Assembly: GCA_963625535.1 (NCBI GenBank)
Contig: CAVFUK010000091.1
Span: forward strand, 1-62,388
Reading direction: 5' to 3'
DNA: 62,388 nt
Origin: Anaerovoracaceae bacterium
GTDB taxonomy: Bacteria > Bacteroidota > Bacteroidia > Bacteroidales > Bacteroidaceae
Position numbers and translations under genes: made by a program. The notes below the pieces were generated by a model that was given only the letters and a program-made list of their open reading frames with translations, was not told the origin of the DNA and made no database searches. Position 1 is the first letter of the stretch, and each line of letters opens with the position of its first letter. This document shows positions 60,327-62,388 of the stretch, piece by piece.

Positions 60327-61778
60327 ATGAGAATGGTTGAATTGACACAAGAGGACTTGAAGAGGTGTTTCGCGGATAAGTTGTTCCACCAAATCTCCGA
60401 CACGGCCGATGAGCTGGGGCTGGAGTGCTATGTAGTGGGCGGCTATGTGCGCGACCTGTTCCTGCAACGCCCTTCGAAGGACATTGACGTGGTGGTGGTA
60501 GGCAGCGGCATACAGATGGCGGAAGCCCTGAAGGAGAAGTTGGGCAAGGGAGCCCACCTCTCGGTATTCCGCAACTTCGGTACGGCACAGGTGAAATACC
60601 ATCAGACAGAAGTGGAGTTTGTGGGAGCCCGCAAGGAGTCGTACCAACGCAACTCGCGCAAACCGATTGTGGAGGACGGCACACTGGAGGACGACCAGAA
60701 CCGGCGCGACTTCACCATCAACGCTTTGGCGGTGTGTCTCAACAAGGCACGCTACGGAGAACTGGTGGATCCCTTCAACGGACTGGAGGATATGCGACAA
60801 GGAAACATCGTGACCCCACTGGACCCCGACATCACCTTCAGCGACGACCCGTTGCGCATGATGCGCTGTATACGCTTCGCCACACAGCTGAACTTCTACA
60901 TCGAGGAGGAGACATTCGAGGCGTTGGAGCGCAACAAAGAGCGCATCAACATCATCTCCAAGGAGCGCATCACCGACGAACTGAATAAGATACTGATGAC
61001 GGCACGCCCCTCGAAAGGCTTCGTGGAACTGGACCGCTGCGGACTATTGCCGCTCATCTTCCCCGAGCTAGCTGCCCTGCAAGGGGTGGAGACAGTGAAC
61101 GGGCGTTCGCATAAGGACAACTTCTACCATACCCTGGAGGTGGTGGACAATGTGGCACAGAAGAGCGACAACCTGTGGCTACGCTGGGCAGCATTGCTAC
61201 ACGACATAGGCAAGCCGCGCACCAAGCGCTGGGAGCCCCAAATCGGGTGGACCTTCCACAACCATAACTTCATCGGTGAGAAGATGATTCCCGATATCTT
61301 CCGTAAGATGAAACTGCCGATGAACGAGAAGATGAAGTATGTGCAGAAGCTCGTAACCCTGCACATGCGCCCCATCGTGATAGCCGACAACGAGGTGACG
61401 GACTCTGCCGTACGGCGCTTGCTCTTCGAGGCGGGCGACGACATCGATGACCTGATGTTGCTCTGCGAAGCGGACATCACCTCAAAGAACCAGGTGCGCA
61501 AGCAACATTTCCTCGACAACTTCAAGCTGGTACGCCAGAAACTGAAGGACTTGGAGGAGAAAGACCGCATCCGCAACTTCCAACCGCCAGTCACAGGCGA
61601 GGAAATCATGGGGGTATTCGCCCTGCAGCCCTGCCGTGAGATCGGCGTGCTGAAGTCCGCCATCAAAGATGCCATTCTCGACGGCATCATCCCCAACGAG
61701 CACGAGGCCGCCTACCAGTTCATGATGCAGAAGGCGGACGAGATGGGGCTGGAGGCAGTACGTAAGGGTGAAGAATAA
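60327..61778 (+). CDS. cca: CCA tRNA nucleotidyltransferase (HD domain-containing)
   Basis: [45 protein letters not shown]; -7 box TATCTTTG at 60300-60307. Confidence 0.93.
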   Translation: MRMVELTQEDLKRCFADKLFHQISDTADELGLECYVVGGYVRDLFLQRPSKDIDVVVVGSGIQMAEALKEKLGKGAHLSVFRNFGTAQVKYHQTEVEFVGARKESYQRNSRKPIVEDGTLEDDQNRRDFTINALAVCLNKARYGELVDPFNGLEDMRQGNIVTPLDPDITFSDDPLRMMRCIRFATQLNFYIEEETFEALERNKERINIISKERITDELNKILMTARPSKGFVELDRCGLLPLIFPELAALQGVETVNGRSHKDNFYHTLEVVDNVAQKSDNLWLRWAALLHDIGKPRTKRWEPQIGWTFHNHNFIGEKMIPDIFRKMKLPMNEKMKYVQKLVTLHMRPIVIADNEVTDSAVRRLLFEAGDDIDDLMLLCEADITSKNQVRKQHFLDNFKLVRQKLKDLEEKDRIRNFQPPVTGEEIMGVFALQPCREIGVLKSAIKDAILDGIIPNEHEAAYQFMMQKADEMGLEAVRKGEE

Positions 61779-61812
61779 CTGTAATAACTGTCCATGGCTT
61801 GTTGGTTAACGA

Positions 61813-61890
61813 GAGCCAAGGGGCATCGATAATAGAGCCTAGGCTCATCGGCACTTGAGCCATGGCTCTTTGGTCATTGAGCCTTGGCTC
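61813..61890. repeat. 4 x GAGCCnnGGCTC palindromes at exact 22-bp period
   Basis: gagccaaggggc 61813, gagcctaggctc 61835, gagccatggctc 61857, gagccttggctc 61879, separated by variable 10-bp linkers. Confidence 0.88.
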
Positions 61891-61907
61891 ATTTTTTTGC
61901 ATAAATA

Positions 61908-61951
61908 AAGCGCAATGTTCTAAGCCGAATAGGACTTGGAGCGTTGCGCTT
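61908..61951. terminator. Hairpin terminator between convergent genes
   Basis: aagcgcaatgttctaag/cttggagcgttgcgctt stem with G-U pairs. Confidence 0.65.
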
Positions 61952-61977
61952 ATATTATGAGCAGAAGACCCGTCTCT

Positions 61978-62388
61978 TTATTGGGCACTTGTGGTTTTAT
62001 ACCAATCGGTGTAGTCCGTACCGTTGGACTTCACCCAATCCTCATAGTGGGGATAGAGTGTACTGATGGGGGTACACTCGTTGTTGGAATCCAACAAGGC
62101 TTTCAGGTCGGTAACGGTGGCTCCAGCCAGCTTGATGGCAAACGGATACCACGGACCATAGAGGTAGTTGTTGATGTTGTTGGCACGAACGTAGAAACAG
62201 CCCTTGCCGTTGCTCTCCACGGTAGCAGGCAACGAAGCATCGGCGGTTCCGGGCTTCGACCAGAGGGTCTTCACCATATCGTTGGTAGGAGCCTCCAACG
62301 GGATGTGTACCTCGTACGACTTGTTGGCGCCCTGCATCACGTTGACGTAGGGATAAACCGATGACTCGGAAGCCAAGTCGGGCTGACT
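61978..62388 (-). CDS. C-terminus of LruC-domain/DUF4842-like protein (partial)
   Basis: Frame is open to the window edge; EVH..., YPFAI, ISTLYPHYEDWVKSNG..YTDWY terminal motif. Confidence 0.7.
   Translation of the reverse strand, partial: SQPDLASESSVYPYVNVMQGANKSYEVHIPLEAPTNDMVKTLWSKPGTADASLPATVESNGKGCFYVRANNINNYLYGPWYPFAIKLAGATVTDLKALLDSNNECTPISTLYPHYEDWVKSNGTDYTDWYKTTSAQ

Overview
A 62-kb chromosomal segment from a Bacteroidales organism (Prevotella/Bacteroidaceae-like, judged from SusC/SusD pairs and TAnnTTTG -7 promoter boxes). The left third holds housekeeping and scattered genes: a tricorn-like peptidase (partial), SulP, an orphan PAS histidine kinase, rnhB, an AAA+DUF4143-type ATPase, a stand-alone SusC/D pair, gmd-fcl, a GH2, a His-rich CobW GTPase, a Zn metalloprotease, ruvA and a GH43. 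An AT-richer RecQ-like/DprA (RqlH/RqlI-like) cassette follows, in which the helicase gene appears internally deleted. From 29 to 60 kb lies a double polysaccharide utilisation locus, probably for pectic galactan/arabinan side chains (2 SusC/D pairs, 2 GH2, GH51, 2 GH43-CBM6, fimbrial-like and DUF4957/5123-like lipoproteins), with two kinase-less HTCS-like AraC regulators. The window ends with cca and a partial LruC-domain gene. No rRNA, tRNA, CRISPR or transposase was seen. Most notable unexplained signals: (1) at least five intergenic arrays with unrelated sequences but a shared architecture of palindromic units at a 21-22 bp period; (2) a candidate ribosome-arrest leader ORF whose last codons can base-pair with the initiation region of the next gene; (3) the decayed RqlH-like gene with its out-of-frame tail still coupled to dprA; (4) a shared direct-repeat operator at two PUL promoters. 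All family calls come from motif recognition by eye, not database searches.
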